Source: a candidate division FCPU426 bacterium
GTDB taxonomy: Bacteria; Oederibacteriota; Muellerivitia; Muellerivitales; Muellerivitaceae
Length of the DNA: 64,000 bases
Assembly: GCA_963847625.1 (NCBI GenBank)
Contig: CAWKAR010000049.1
Span: 32,001-96,000 of the forward strand
Direction of reading: 5' to 3'
Shown here: positions 29,498-38,277 of the stretch, in pieces
How positions within the stretch are numbered: the stretch's first letter is position 1
How the letters are laid out: every line of letters starts with the position of its first letter
The notes under the pieces: model-generated
Told to the model about the DNA's origin: nothing
What the model saw: only the letters and a program-made list of their open reading frames with translations
Database searches by the model: none
Program-made: the position numbers and the translations under genes

Positions 29498-30925
29498 CTA
29501 CAAATTGGGAATGGCCAGCAGCATCTTTCGCTGGCTAATGTCTTCCCGGTAATTCCCCACCAGCTTTTGGGCTTTCACCACCAAGTCCGGGTTGTAAAAA
29601 ATTTGGCCATAGTTTCCGGCGCTACCGTTGATCGTGATGGTCCCGGGGGTGGTACCATGGTAATAGGGCGATCCCATGATGACCGACCCTTCGATATCAC
29701 AACCGGCTCCCACGGTCAGGTTCCCCGTCACGAAAAGGATGCCGCCCCAATGGCTGGGCTGCAGGCTGCCGGTACTTTGGTTAAGCACCAGGTCCCCGTT
29801 GACGATCAACACCCCGTAAGCGCCGGTTGTCACTGATTGGTCGTTTCTTCCGAGTTCGTCATAAGGGGATGGATTCGCCGGCCCGTAAGTGACGCTTCCA
29901 TCAAAGAAGCAGAGTTTCCATTCGCTTGTAATATACATAGTGGTAGAGGCGTTTCCCTGGTAATCCGATATGTTTTTAAGGTCCCCCAGGGACATCCCGA
30001 AGACACTGCTGGCGTCAAGACAGGTGTAGTCGGTTGTTCCCCAGCAGGTGACCCCACCCTGGAGGTTCACTCCGGGAGTGGCCCCATTCGGAAGGTTGCA
30101 AGAGTTGGGCAAGGGTGTATTAGTAATGGTAGGGGTAGAGGTGATCGTGGGGGTATAGGAGATTGTGGGGGTGTATGTGTTGGTCCTAGTGTAGGTAAAC
30201 GTGAATGTAAAGGTATTGGTCGGCATCCCACCGACCGTTTGCGTCATGTTGGGAGTGTTCGTTTTGGTGGGGGTAAATGTTATTGTGGGAGTTTCCGTTT
30301 TGGTGGGTGTGCAGGTATGGCCGTTACTATCTTTACAGGGAACAGGGGTGTTCGTGCGGGTGGGAGTGCACGAAGGGGTGAACGTGGGTGTACAAGGCAC
30401 CTTAAAAGCAATCGAGGAGCTGACTGTACAATTGGAATCGTCGCAATAGGGCTCGCGATTACCGGTAGTAGTATCACAACGTGTTCTGGCAAGAAAAATA
30501 ATGGATACCGCGGCGTTGGGAATGGTGAGTGTTTGGGTCGTGGTAGTCATATTGTTATTATTATTGTTAGTTTGGGAAAAATAAGCTTGTAATTGGTTCG
30601 AAGCATTGCAGGTGGTGGTGGTTGTACCGCTATTCCCATACCAGATGATATTTCCCCCGCTGTCCTTAAAGCCTATGGCGTAATAAACGCTCGTGCAGGA
30701 AGTGCCGATGTTTGTTAAATAAGCGGACACATCTACCGTGTCATTTTGCGCGCCGCAGGTGTCGCTAAGGGTAATGCTGGAAACACTCATTCCAGTACAA
30801 GCGGCATATAAGCAGGAAATATAATTAAAATAGGCAAAAACCGCCATTATTCCCGCCAGGCCAAACAAGGGAAAAAGGCTTTTTTTAAAATTGATCCTAA
30901 AATAGTTTGTAAATTTTTTGTCCAT
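29498..30925 (-). CDS. Secreted Cys-rich, Thr/Pro-linker protein with a PilX-C-terminal-like beta-rich domain
   Basis: N-terminal hydrophobic segment, Cys-rich domain, TP linker, then GVLIVNGDL..GGILFVTGNLTV..IEGSVIMG..IFYNP. Confidence 0.65.
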   Translation of the reverse strand: MDKKFTNYFRINFKKSLFPLFGLAGIMAVFAYFNYISCLYAACTGMSVSSITLSDTCGAQNDTVDVSAYLTNIGTSCTSVYYAIGFKDSGGNIIWYGNSGTTTTTCNASNQLQAYFSQTNNNNNNMTTTTQTLTIPNAAVSIIFLARTRCDTTTGNREPYCDDSNCTVSSSIAFKVPCTPTFTPSCTPTRTNTPVPCKDSNGHTCTPTKTETPTITFTPTKTNTPNMTQTVGGMPTNTFTFTFTYTRTNTYTPTISYTPTITSTPTITNTPLPNSCNLPNGATPGVNLQGGVTCWGTTDYTCLDASSVFGMSLGDLKNISDYQGNASTTMYITSEWKLCFFDGSVTYGPANPSPYDELGRNDQSVTTGAYGVLIVNGDLVLNQSTGSLQPSHWGGILFVTGNLTVGAGCDIEGSVIMGSPYYHGTTPGTITINGSAGNYGQIFYNPDLVVKAQKLVGNYREDISQRKMLLAIPNL

Positions 30926-30993
30926 CTTTTTTCTTTTCCCGGCCTTTCCTTTTGAAAACTTTCAAGAATCCTTTCTTCCGCCCCAGGCCGTTT

Positions 30994-31947
30994 TTAAGGG
31001 CTATGCATGCCGACCACCCCGAAACAGTTCGGAGCATTGGCCGAAATGTAAGTTTGGGTGTTGCTCAGGGTTACCTGGTTTTTAATATTTTGCACGTAAA
31101 TGGCCCCCGCGACCCCGTTGACGTTGCCGGGGGTAGGGCACGGCATGACAAGGCTTAATTTTCGGAACTCGGTGCTGAATCTGGCGGTAGCCACCACCGA
31201 GTTGGGGGGCTGAGTCATGGATACGGCAAAATTGCCGGTCGTTGGATCGATTGATTTATCCATGCGTTTATAGACGTAACCGGTGCTGACAATGTTCCAA
31301 ACATACCCGGACCCGTCAGCGTATTTAAATATTCTCTCGCCGGTGACATCATGAACAGCGTTGGGATCGAAAGCCCCGGTGCCCTGCTGTTTCACCTCGT
31401 ATCTGGCCCAATAAAGGGCATTGGCGGTTACGGGACTGTCGAGGGGATATTCCTTCACGATGCCGATGGAAGCATCGATGGTATCGGAAAGCTGGGCGTT
31501 GGCCGTGTTGTTTTGAGGGCTAAAAGCCTGGTCAATGTTGGTGTAAGGATAAACGGGTGTAGGAGTCGAGCCGGGTATTACGGGGGTAACCACGGCGCCG
31601 GCTACGAGGCCTCCATTGGAGGTTCTTCGGGAAAACCAGCCGAGGGTGTCCACTAAACCGGCCCTGGCCACATTTTCCGCCTCGCCGACATAGAGCATCC
31701 GTTCCTTGGACTGGCGGGAGGAATTGGAAACCAGCCTGTACCCGACGGTCATGAGCATAGTGGCGACCAGCATGAAGATGGCGGCCATGACCAAGGCTGA
31801 GCCTTTGTGATCCTTGAGGTATAGGATAAACCGGTTGAAGGGTGAAAAAGTTTTCCGGTTCCCCCTGGAACGCGAAACCACGAAGAAATCCCAAAAAGCT
31901 TTACCGAAGTGGGAAAAAGAAGGGTTTTTGCGCCGGCGTGGACTCAT
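30994..31947 (-). CDS. PilX-like minor pilin, N-terminal part
   Basis: KG/SALVMAAIFMLVATML (no Glu+5, as in PilX), AENVARAGL, IVSTGYV; AGGAG RBS. Confidence 0.75.
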   Translation of the reverse strand: MSPRRRKNPSFSHFGKAFWDFFVVSRSRGNRKTFSPFNRFILYLKDHKGSALVMAAIFMLVATMLMTVGYRLVSNSSRQSKERMLYVGEAENVARAGLVDTLGWFSRRTSNGGLVAGAVVTPVIPGSTPTPVYPYTNIDQAFSPQNNTANAQLSDTIDASIGIVKEYPLDSPVTANALYWARYEVKQQGTGAFDPNAVHDVTGERIFKYADGSGYVWNIVSTGYVYKRMDKSIDPTTGNFAVSMTQPPNSVVATARFSTEFRKLSLVMPCPTPGNVNGVAGAIYVQNIKNQVTLSNTQTYISANAPNCFGVVGMHSP

Positions 31948-32170
31948 TAATGTCGCTCCTTATCACTGCTTGGGGGTACTACATTAACACTAAAATTGTG
32001 AACCGTGGGAGCGGCAACCCCGGGAATGGATCTTTTTTGTGAACTACTTTCATGGTTATTATCTCCCTAAAGATATTAAGTGTCAATTAACGTTAAACAT
32101 AAATTTGGTAAAACGTCTTTCATTTCCCCCCAGGAATGGTATTCCAGCCCCGTCCTGGTCATGGGGTGGA

Positions 32171-33016
32171 TCATGGGGCGAACTCCGCGGCCAGGAAAGT
32201 GTGATCCGATGGTTTTTCCAGGCCCCGGGGCTTGGTGTCGATCCAAATCTTTTTCAACCGCCCGGCCATGGGGGGGGTTCCCAGGATGAAGTCGATCCTC
32301 CATCCCAGGTTGCGCTTGAAGGTATCGGGCTGGCGGAAATCCCAAAAGGTGTAATGCCCCGGCCCCTTCTCCTTTTCCCGGAACAGGTCCGTCCACTTCC
32401 CTTCCATGGTTTCCCTCAGCGCGTTCCGGGCGTCGATATGGAAGCAGGGGTGGTCCCGGTTCCCTTCCGGGTTGTTCAGGTCGATTTCCTCGGGTGCCAC
32501 GTTCAGGTCCCCCATCCAGAGGGCCGGCTGGCTTAAGGGCACTTCCTTATTAAAAAACTTTTTCAGGTCAGCCAGGAACTTGAGCTTGTAGCGGTATTTT
32601 TCGGACTCGATATCGAAGCCCTGGGGCACGTAGGTGTTGATGAGTCTCACGCCCTCGTAATCTCCCATCAGGAACCGGGCCTGCTCCTCGGGGTCGCCGG
32701 GGTAAAGGCGGTTCACCACGTTTTGAAAGGGCTTTTTGGAAATGAATGCCACGCCGTTGTAGCTTTTTTGCCCGTGGAAAACCACGTTCCATCCCGCGGC
32801 TTCGATGACATCCCTTGGGAACTCATGGTCCTGCACCTTGGTTTCCTGAACGGCCAGGACATCGGGCCTCTCCTTTTTCAGCCAGTCCAAAACGATGCCC
32901 ATCCGGGCCCGCAGGGAATTGGCGTTGAAGGTTGCGATTTTGAGTGATCCTGAAACGGCACCATTGGATTTGGTCTTAGGCTTTGTTTTTTTCGGCATTA
33001 GAACCCTCTTCTTCAT
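32171..33016 (-). CDS. xth: Exodeoxyribonuclease III
   Basis: KIATFNANSLR, VQETK, YNGVA, YVPQG, GDLNVA, GWRIDFIL, SDH. Confidence 0.95.
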   Translation of the reverse strand: MKKRVLMPKKTKPKTKSNGAVSGSLKIATFNANSLRARMGIVLDWLKKERPDVLAVQETKVQDHEFPRDVIEAAGWNVVFHGQKSYNGVAFISKKPFQNVVNRLYPGDPEEQARFLMGDYEGVRLINTYVPQGFDIESEKYRYKLKFLADLKKFFNKEVPLSQPALWMGDLNVAPEEIDLNNPEGNRDHPCFHIDARNALRETMEGKWTDLFREKEKGPGHYTFWDFRQPDTFKRNLGWRIDFILGTPPMAGRLKKIWIDTKPRGLEKPSDHTFLAAEFAP

Positions 33017-33122
33017 GAGCCGCGGTCGTTATGAGAATTAAAAAACATAAAAATCTTTTCGCCACGGATTCAGGGGATACATGGGATGAACCCAAGACCC
33101 ATCAAACCCATTCGCGGGAAAA

Positions 33123-33608
33123 CTACTTTTTTAACCAATCTTCCCGCGCGGAAATGCGCCTGACTTGGAGTTCGGGTTTTCCGAAATTCAAAAGCAGGCA
33201 AACCTCGAAACCCGTTGCCTTGAGGTAGTTCAGACACTGCGCATAATGCACATTATCCAAAGCCTGGACAGCTTTCAATTCCACAAGAACTTTTTCTTCC
33301 ACCAGCAAATCGGCAACATATTCCCCGACCAACACATCACGATATTTGATTTCCACTGGTTTTTGTTGCGTCACTTTTACGCCGATATGACGCAATTCCA
33401 CAGCCAAAGCGTTCTCATAAACTTTTTCCAAAAAACCGCTTCCCAAGGTGTTCATGACCGTATACGCGCAACCGATGATTTTTTCGGTGATATCATTGAA
33501 TGCGAATGTTTGGGTTGAAATATTTTCTTGGTTTAAATCCACCCTTTTATCCCCATGTTTCTTGGCTACTACGCCGTTCTCTTCAATGTTTTTTTTCCTG
33601 TTGTACAA
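33123..33608 (-). CDS. GxxExxY protein (PD-(D/E)XK nuclease superfamily)
   Basis: GSGFLEKVYENAL, ADLLVE..VELKA, AQCLNYLKATG...LLLNFG. The true start may lie downstream of 33608. Confidence 0.92.
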   Translation of the reverse strand: MYNRKKNIEENGVVAKKHGDKRVDLNQENISTQTFAFNDITEKIIGCAYTVMNTLGSGFLEKVYENALAVELRHIGVKVTQQKPVEIKYRDVLVGEYVADLLVEEKVLVELKAVQALDNVHYAQCLNYLKATGFEVCLLLNFGKPELQVRRISAREDWLKK

Positions 33609-33797
33609 AAAATTGCGTTTTTTTCTTTGCCTTTATCCATCCCCTGCATGCCGTGGTTAAATGCCTTTTTGTTAGGTTGAAATTTATCCCATATTTCCCC
33701 TGCATCCGTGGCTAAAATTCCATTTCCTTTGGGTGGTTTTTCTTTGCTTAAACCTATCCCATGTATCCCCCTGAATCCGTGGCTAGCATTCTTTGTC

Positions 33798-34103
33798 TCA
33801 GCTTGTCTCGTAATCCACAGCCGCGCGGGTGTCGGCGATCTTCTGGACGAACCCGGCCGCCTTCTGGTGTTCGGGATGGTTCTGGTATTGTTCCAGGTCT
33901 TCCCGTGTGCGGAAAGCCGAAACCAATACCACGTCGTAACCCGTCCCGGATGGTTCCACCTGGAATCCCACTTCCAATTCCTCGATTTGCGGGATGAAAC
34001 CCCGCAAGGCTTCCAGCATATCCCGGAATTTCAAAGCGTTCTCATTTTTGGAGGCGCCTTCGGCCCGGTCTTTCAATTTCCACATCACGATATGCTTGAT
34101 CAC
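33798..34103 (-). CDS. Dabb-family (stress-responsive A/B barrel) protein
   Basis: MIKHIVMWKLK...IPQIEELEVG...YDVVLVSAF...YQNHPEH...VDYE. Confidence 0.9.
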   Translation of the reverse strand: MIKHIVMWKLKDRAEGASKNENALKFRDMLEALRGFIPQIEELEVGFQVEPSGTGYDVVLVSAFRTREDLEQYQNHPEHQKAAGFVQKIADTRAAVDYETS

Positions 34104-34665
34104 TTTAAACCCCTTCTATTCCTTATATGGGTGGGTTTCTTTGCCTCAAACCGTCCCATGAATCTCCCTGAATCCTTGGCCACTTCGCCTTCTGAAGAAG
34201 ACACATGTTAAAACACTTTGAGCACCGTTTGCCATAGTGGTTCTTTACACACCTGTCCAAAATAAACCTAGCCACGGATGCATGGGATTCATGGGATTTA
34301 AAAACACAAATATTTAAAGCTTTTTTTATGGTCTATCCGAGTGCATTCCCTGAATCCGTGGCAAAGGACTTGGTTTTGCTTAACGCCTTTTAGATTAAAA
34401 AATTCCTGATTTTATTTATCTTTGTTACCTGGATTTTGTTTAATTTGAACAGCTATGGGTTCCTTACTTTCCAAAGGAAACCGCCTGCTCCTTTTTGGGC
34501 TTTAAACCCGGCTGGAAAAGGCCTAATTTAGCGGGCTTTTCCAAAGGCTCTATCGAAACCAGGATAAAAAAAATTAACCCCGCTCCACCCTTTGCTTTAA
34601 GGGGCGGGGGTGATTTTATAAAGTCACTTCCTTATAGTTAAGGATCAAACGGGGAGAAAAATCAA

Positions 34666-35472
34666 ATGGGTTTGTTGAGCGGAAAGAAAGCTTTCATTTT
34701 CGGCGTGGCCAACGACCGGTCCATCGCCTGGGGCATCGCCCAGGCCTTCCACCGGGAAGGGGCCGAGCTGGGTTTCAACTTCCTGGGGGAGGCCTTGGAA
34801 AAAAGGGTCCGGCCACTGGCGGAATCGGTCGGGGCCAAGCTCATCCTTCCCTGCGACGTCTCCAAGGACGACCAGATCCAGGCCCTTTACCGCGAAGTGG
34901 AGAAAACCTGGGGAAAACTCGACATCCTGGTGCATTGCATCGCCTTCGCCAACAAGGACGAGCTCTCCGGCGCTTTTTCCGCCACCAGCCGCGCGGGTTT
35001 CCACCTCGCCCTGGACATCTCGGCTTACAGCCTGATCGCCATCACCCGCCCCGCCCTTCCCCTTTTCAACCCGGGCGGGAGCATCATCACCCTCACTTAC
35101 TACGGCTCCGAGAAGGTCATCCCCAACTACAACGTCATGGGAGTGGCCAAGGCCGCCCTGGAAAGCTCCGTAAGGTACCTGGCCAACGACTTGGGGCCCC
35201 GCGGCATCCGGGTCAACGCCATCTCCGCCGGGGCCATCAAGACCCTGGCCGCCTCCGGCGTGGAAGGCTTCAAGACCATGCTGAAAACCTCGGAAGGATT
35301 GACTCCCCTGAAGCGTAACGTCACCCAGGAGGAGGTGGGCAAGACCGCCCTGTACCTGGCCAGTGATTTGGCCTCCGGTGTAACGGGGGACGTGATCTAC
35401 GTGGATGCGGGCGCCAACATCATCGGAATGTATTTTAACGAGAAGAAAGAAGATGCTCCGCCGAAAGCTTAA
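34666..35472 (+). CDS. fabI: Enoyl-ACP reductase
   Basis: GVANDRSIAWGIA, TLTYYGSEKVIPNYNVMGVAKAALE, VNAISAGAIKTLAA. Confidence 0.95.
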   Translation: MGLLSGKKAFIFGVANDRSIAWGIAQAFHREGAELGFNFLGEALEKRVRPLAESVGAKLILPCDVSKDDQIQALYREVEKTWGKLDILVHCIAFANKDELSGAFSATSRAGFHLALDISAYSLIAITRPALPLFNPGGSIITLTYYGSEKVIPNYNVMGVAKAALESSVRYLANDLGPRGIRVNAISAGAIKTLAASGVEGFKTMLKTSEGLTPLKRNVTQEEVGKTALYLASDLASGVTGDVIYVDAGANIIGMYFNEKKEDAPPKA

Positions 35473-35718
35473 AACCCAGCCGTGAATGACCCTTTCTTTC
35501 TATAAAATCCCTAAAAAATCTCTAGCCACAGATGCATGGGATTCAAGGGATTTATTTAAATTCAAAATTGAGAATTTATAATGCATTCATGTGGTTTAGA
35601 TGAATTTTTTGGCCCATCTAAATGCATCCCCTGAATCCGTGGCCAAGCCATGTTTTTGCTTTACGCCTTTTAAACTTAACCCCCTGATCTTAATTATCTT
35701 TGTTCCATGTATTTTGTT

Positions 35719-36093
35719 TTATTTGAAACTCCCGGCAGGTTCCCAAATCGAACAATAACTTCTGGTTTCAACCTTTTCCGCCGGGAGCTTTCGCAAGGTG
35801 ATTTTCAGGGGTGTCTCGGAAAGAGCCATAGACTCTGCCGTGTGCGTTTTCAATGTTGCCCGTCCCCTGGGCGTGAATCCCAACCTGTTTGGCGCGAGCC
35901 CATAGTCCAGGTTCAATTCCTCGGAAGAAACCCTCTCAAAACGAAGCCGGTGGAAACCCGAGAAATCCAACGGCCGCCCCAGGTCCACGGCGAAGGCTTG
36001 AAGCTCAGCCGCCTGCTGGGGCCATTCCCTCTTCTCCAGGAAAAACATTTGGGTCAGCGCTAAAATTTCGGTCAATTCTTTTTTCCAACTCAT
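35719..36093 (-). CDS. Hypothetical protein downstream of radC
   Basis: 124-aa ORF with AAGGGGGG RBS-like sequence, co-oriented 30 nt after radC. No motif recognised. Confidence 0.55.
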   Translation of the reverse strand: MSWKKELTEILALTQMFFLEKREWPQQAAELQAFAVDLGRPLDFSGFHRLRFERVSSEELNLDYGLAPNRLGFTPRGRATLKTHTAESMALSETPLKITLRKLPAEKVETRSYCSIWEPAGSFK

Positions 36094-36122
36094 GGCCCCC
36101 CCTTATAGGCGCTATCAATGGA

Positions 36123-36938
36123 TCAAGCCAGCAATCCCGTTTGCCGGAAGGAGAAATGCCCCTCAGCGGTCAGGATGAGGTGGTCATGCACCGTGACTCC
36201 CATGGCCCGGGCGGCCGTGGCCACCTGGCGGGTCAACTGCTGGTCGCCCTCGGAGGGCTCCAGGCTTCCGCCGGGATGGTTGTGGGCCAGGATCAGGCCG
36301 GTGGCGTGCAGGTCCAGCGCCTTTTTCAGGATCTCCCTCGGGTAAACCGCGGTGTGGTCCACGGTTCCCTCCTGGAGCGTCTCGAAGGAAAGCAGGTGGT
36401 TGCGGTGGTCCAGGAAAACCGCCGCGAAAATCTCCCGGGGCCTGCCGCCGATCTGCTCGCGCAGGAAGGCCACCACGTCCTCGGGGCCTGCGATTACCCG
36501 GCCCCGCTTGAATTCCTCGGTCTGGGCCAGCCGGCCGACGTCTCCCACAGCCTTCAAGTGCAGGGCGCTTTGGGGGGGCAGTTCCCCCAGCGTTTTCAGG
36601 CTGTTCAGGTCCGCCTCCAAAACGCTTCGCGCGTTCTTGAAGACGGATAGCAGTTTTTTCGCGTAGGGCTTGGTGTCCCGGTGGGGGATGGAAAAGGAAA
36701 GTAAAAGTTCCAGCAGTTCGTAGTCCTTAAGGGCTTTCGCTCCCGAGGAGGCGTACTTCTCCTTCAACCGCCTGCGGTGCCCCAGATAGGTAGGCAGTTC
36801 CTCCTGGGGGATGTTCAAAACCGGGGGCGCGGGCTCCCTTTCATCCGTGCTTGTTTCAGCCTCGTTTTCGTACGACTTTGAGGCCGGTTTCACCGGGCCG
36901 ATTTGTAGGAAGGGCTGGTTCGCCGTTTGATTATTCAT
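36123..36938 (-). CDS. radC: RadC (JAB domain) protein
   Basis: GHRRRLKEK, DYELLELLL, EGTVDHTAVYPRE, AHNHPGG..PSEGD, HDHLI. Confidence 0.93.
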   Translation of the reverse strand: MNNQTANQPFLQIGPVKPASKSYENEAETSTDEREPAPPVLNIPQEELPTYLGHRRRLKEKYASSGAKALKDYELLELLLSFSIPHRDTKPYAKKLLSVFKNARSVLEADLNSLKTLGELPPQSALHLKAVGDVGRLAQTEEFKRGRVIAGPEDVVAFLREQIGGRPREIFAAVFLDHRNHLLSFETLQEGTVDHTAVYPREILKKALDLHATGLILAHNHPGGSLEPSEGDQQLTRQVATAARAMGVTVHDHLILTAEGHFSFRQTGLLA

Positions 36939-36957
36939 GTTTTCGCTCCTTTTTCGC

Positions 36958-36993
36958 TTGACGAAGGATACAGGAGTATACTAGCATACACTC
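36958..36993 (+). promoter_or_regulatory. Putative lexA promoter overlapped by an inverted repeat (candidate SOS box)
   Basis: TTGACG (36958) - 18 nt - TAGCAT (36982); GAGTATA-N6-TACACTC at 36974-36993. Confidence 0.5.
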
Positions 36994-37031
36994 GTATTCT
37001 TTTCCAGCCGAAATTCCAGGAGGCATAAAAC

Positions 37032-37649
37032 ATGGCGTCATCGGAGAAGGCCCTCACCGACATCCAGCGCAAAGTGCTCCAATACGTCCAAGGCTACATG
37101 ACGCAGTTCAACCGCCCACCCACGGTGCGGGAAGTCATGAGGCATTTCAAGTGGAACTCCCCCCAGAGCGCGCGCAAACACCTGTTGGCGCTGGAGGAAA
37201 AGGGTTATCTGGAGCGGGAGGACCGCATGGCCCGGGGCTTAAGCCTTCCGGGAAATTCCTCGCCCGGAATTTCCATTCCCATCCTGGGGAAGGTGGCGGC
37301 GGGATTGCCGATTCTCGCCGAGGAAAACCGCGAGGGAACTTTGGTGGTGGACCCCGCCATGGCGCGGGGAGGGCGGAGTCTTTTCGCCTTGACCGTCAAG
37401 GGGGATTCCATGCTGGACGCGCATATCCTGCCGGGCGACAAGGTCATCGTTCAGCAAACCAGCCACGCCTCCCCGGGCGATGTCGTGGTGGCGCTATTGG
37501 AAGGCGAGGCCACGGTGAAAACCTTCAGGAAAACCTCCTCCAAAATCTTCCTGGAACCGGCCAACCCCAAGTACGAGCCCATTATGGTTTCCGAGGGGGA
37601 GGATTTCAGGATCATCGGCAAGGTGGTCGGGGTCTTCAGCCCGCGTTGA
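37032..37649 (+). CDS. lexA: SOS repressor LexA
   Basis: PPTVRE..HL.ALEEKGYL winged HTH, VAAG cleavage site, catalytic GDSM and TVK; AGGAGG RBS. Confidence 0.95.
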   Translation: MASSEKALTDIQRKVLQYVQGYMTQFNRPPTVREVMRHFKWNSPQSARKHLLALEEKGYLEREDRMARGLSLPGNSSPGISIPILGKVAAGLPILAEENREGTLVVDPAMARGGRSLFALTVKGDSMLDAHILPGDKVIVQQTSHASPGDVVVALLEGEATVKTFRKTSSKIFLEPANPKYEPIMVSEGEDFRIIGKVVGVFSPR

Positions 37650-37761
37650 TTTAGCGGCGGGCCTTTTGCGGATTAGGTCTTTAACAGAAGTTATCTTTTA
37701 AAACCAATCCCTCTCTAACACCAACTCTTGTCCCATTAACTATTTATATAAGGAGGTCCTT

Positions 37762-38250
37762 ATGTCCTTTACGTCTTCATCCACCTTAGTCCGGGAGGCT
37801 CCGCTTCCCTACGGCTCCAACCCCCTCGCCAACCCGGTTTTCGAGGTTTCCCTCAAGACATCCGGAACCACGGGTCCCTTAAAAGACCTGCACAATGCCT
37901 ATCGGCTGGTTCAAGCCCTCCTTCAATGGGAAATCCAGGGAAATTGTGTCCTCTTGGACTTCGCCCTATGGCCGCAAGGGGTTTTTGCGCGGGTCTCCCT
38001 CAAAAAGGGCTCTTCTCTTTCAGAATTCCTGGGGTTCCTCCGGGAAAAATCAACGCCCCCGGGCCGGCCGCCTTTGGATTATTGGGAGGATGAATTGACC
38101 TGGATTCGCCTTGTGCCGACGGAAAACCTGGAGGATTCGACCAACCGGTTTCTGCAAACCGCGGACCGGATCAGGGGGGAAATGGAACGTTCCCGCGGTT
38201 TTTCCCCCAGCCTCTTTTTTTTCTACCGGAATCCCCAATTGGGGAAATAA
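37762..38250 (+). CDS. Hypothetical protein, possibly an inactive Y1/HUH (RAYT/IS200-like) transposase fold
   Basis: Strong AAGGAGG RBS; LLDFALWPQGVF...SLSEFLGFLREKST...YWEDE spacing resembles Y1 transposases. Confidence 0.6.
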   Translation: MSFTSSSTLVREAPLPYGSNPLANPVFEVSLKTSGTTGPLKDLHNAYRLVQALLQWEIQGNCVLLDFALWPQGVFARVSLKKGSSLSEFLGFLREKSTPPGRPPLDYWEDELTWIRLVPTENLEDSTNRFLQTADRIRGEMERSRGFSPSLFFFYRNPQLGK

Positions 38251-38277
38251 AGCTTTGACCCGGCTTTTTGACGGTCT

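Larger units (their letters stand above)
33061..35727. repeat. Family of ~28-bp repeats (consensus near TAGCCACGGATKCAKGGGATWCATGGGAT) in both orientations
   Basis: Forward copies at 33061, 34269, 35523; reverse copies at 33537, 33635, 33686, 33756, 34153, 34335, 35616. Confidence 0.88.

Noticed and set aside
33061..35727. GxxExxY-associated repeats as a CRISPR array
   Set aside because: Copies are degenerate, in both orientations, irregularly spaced and interleaved with genes.
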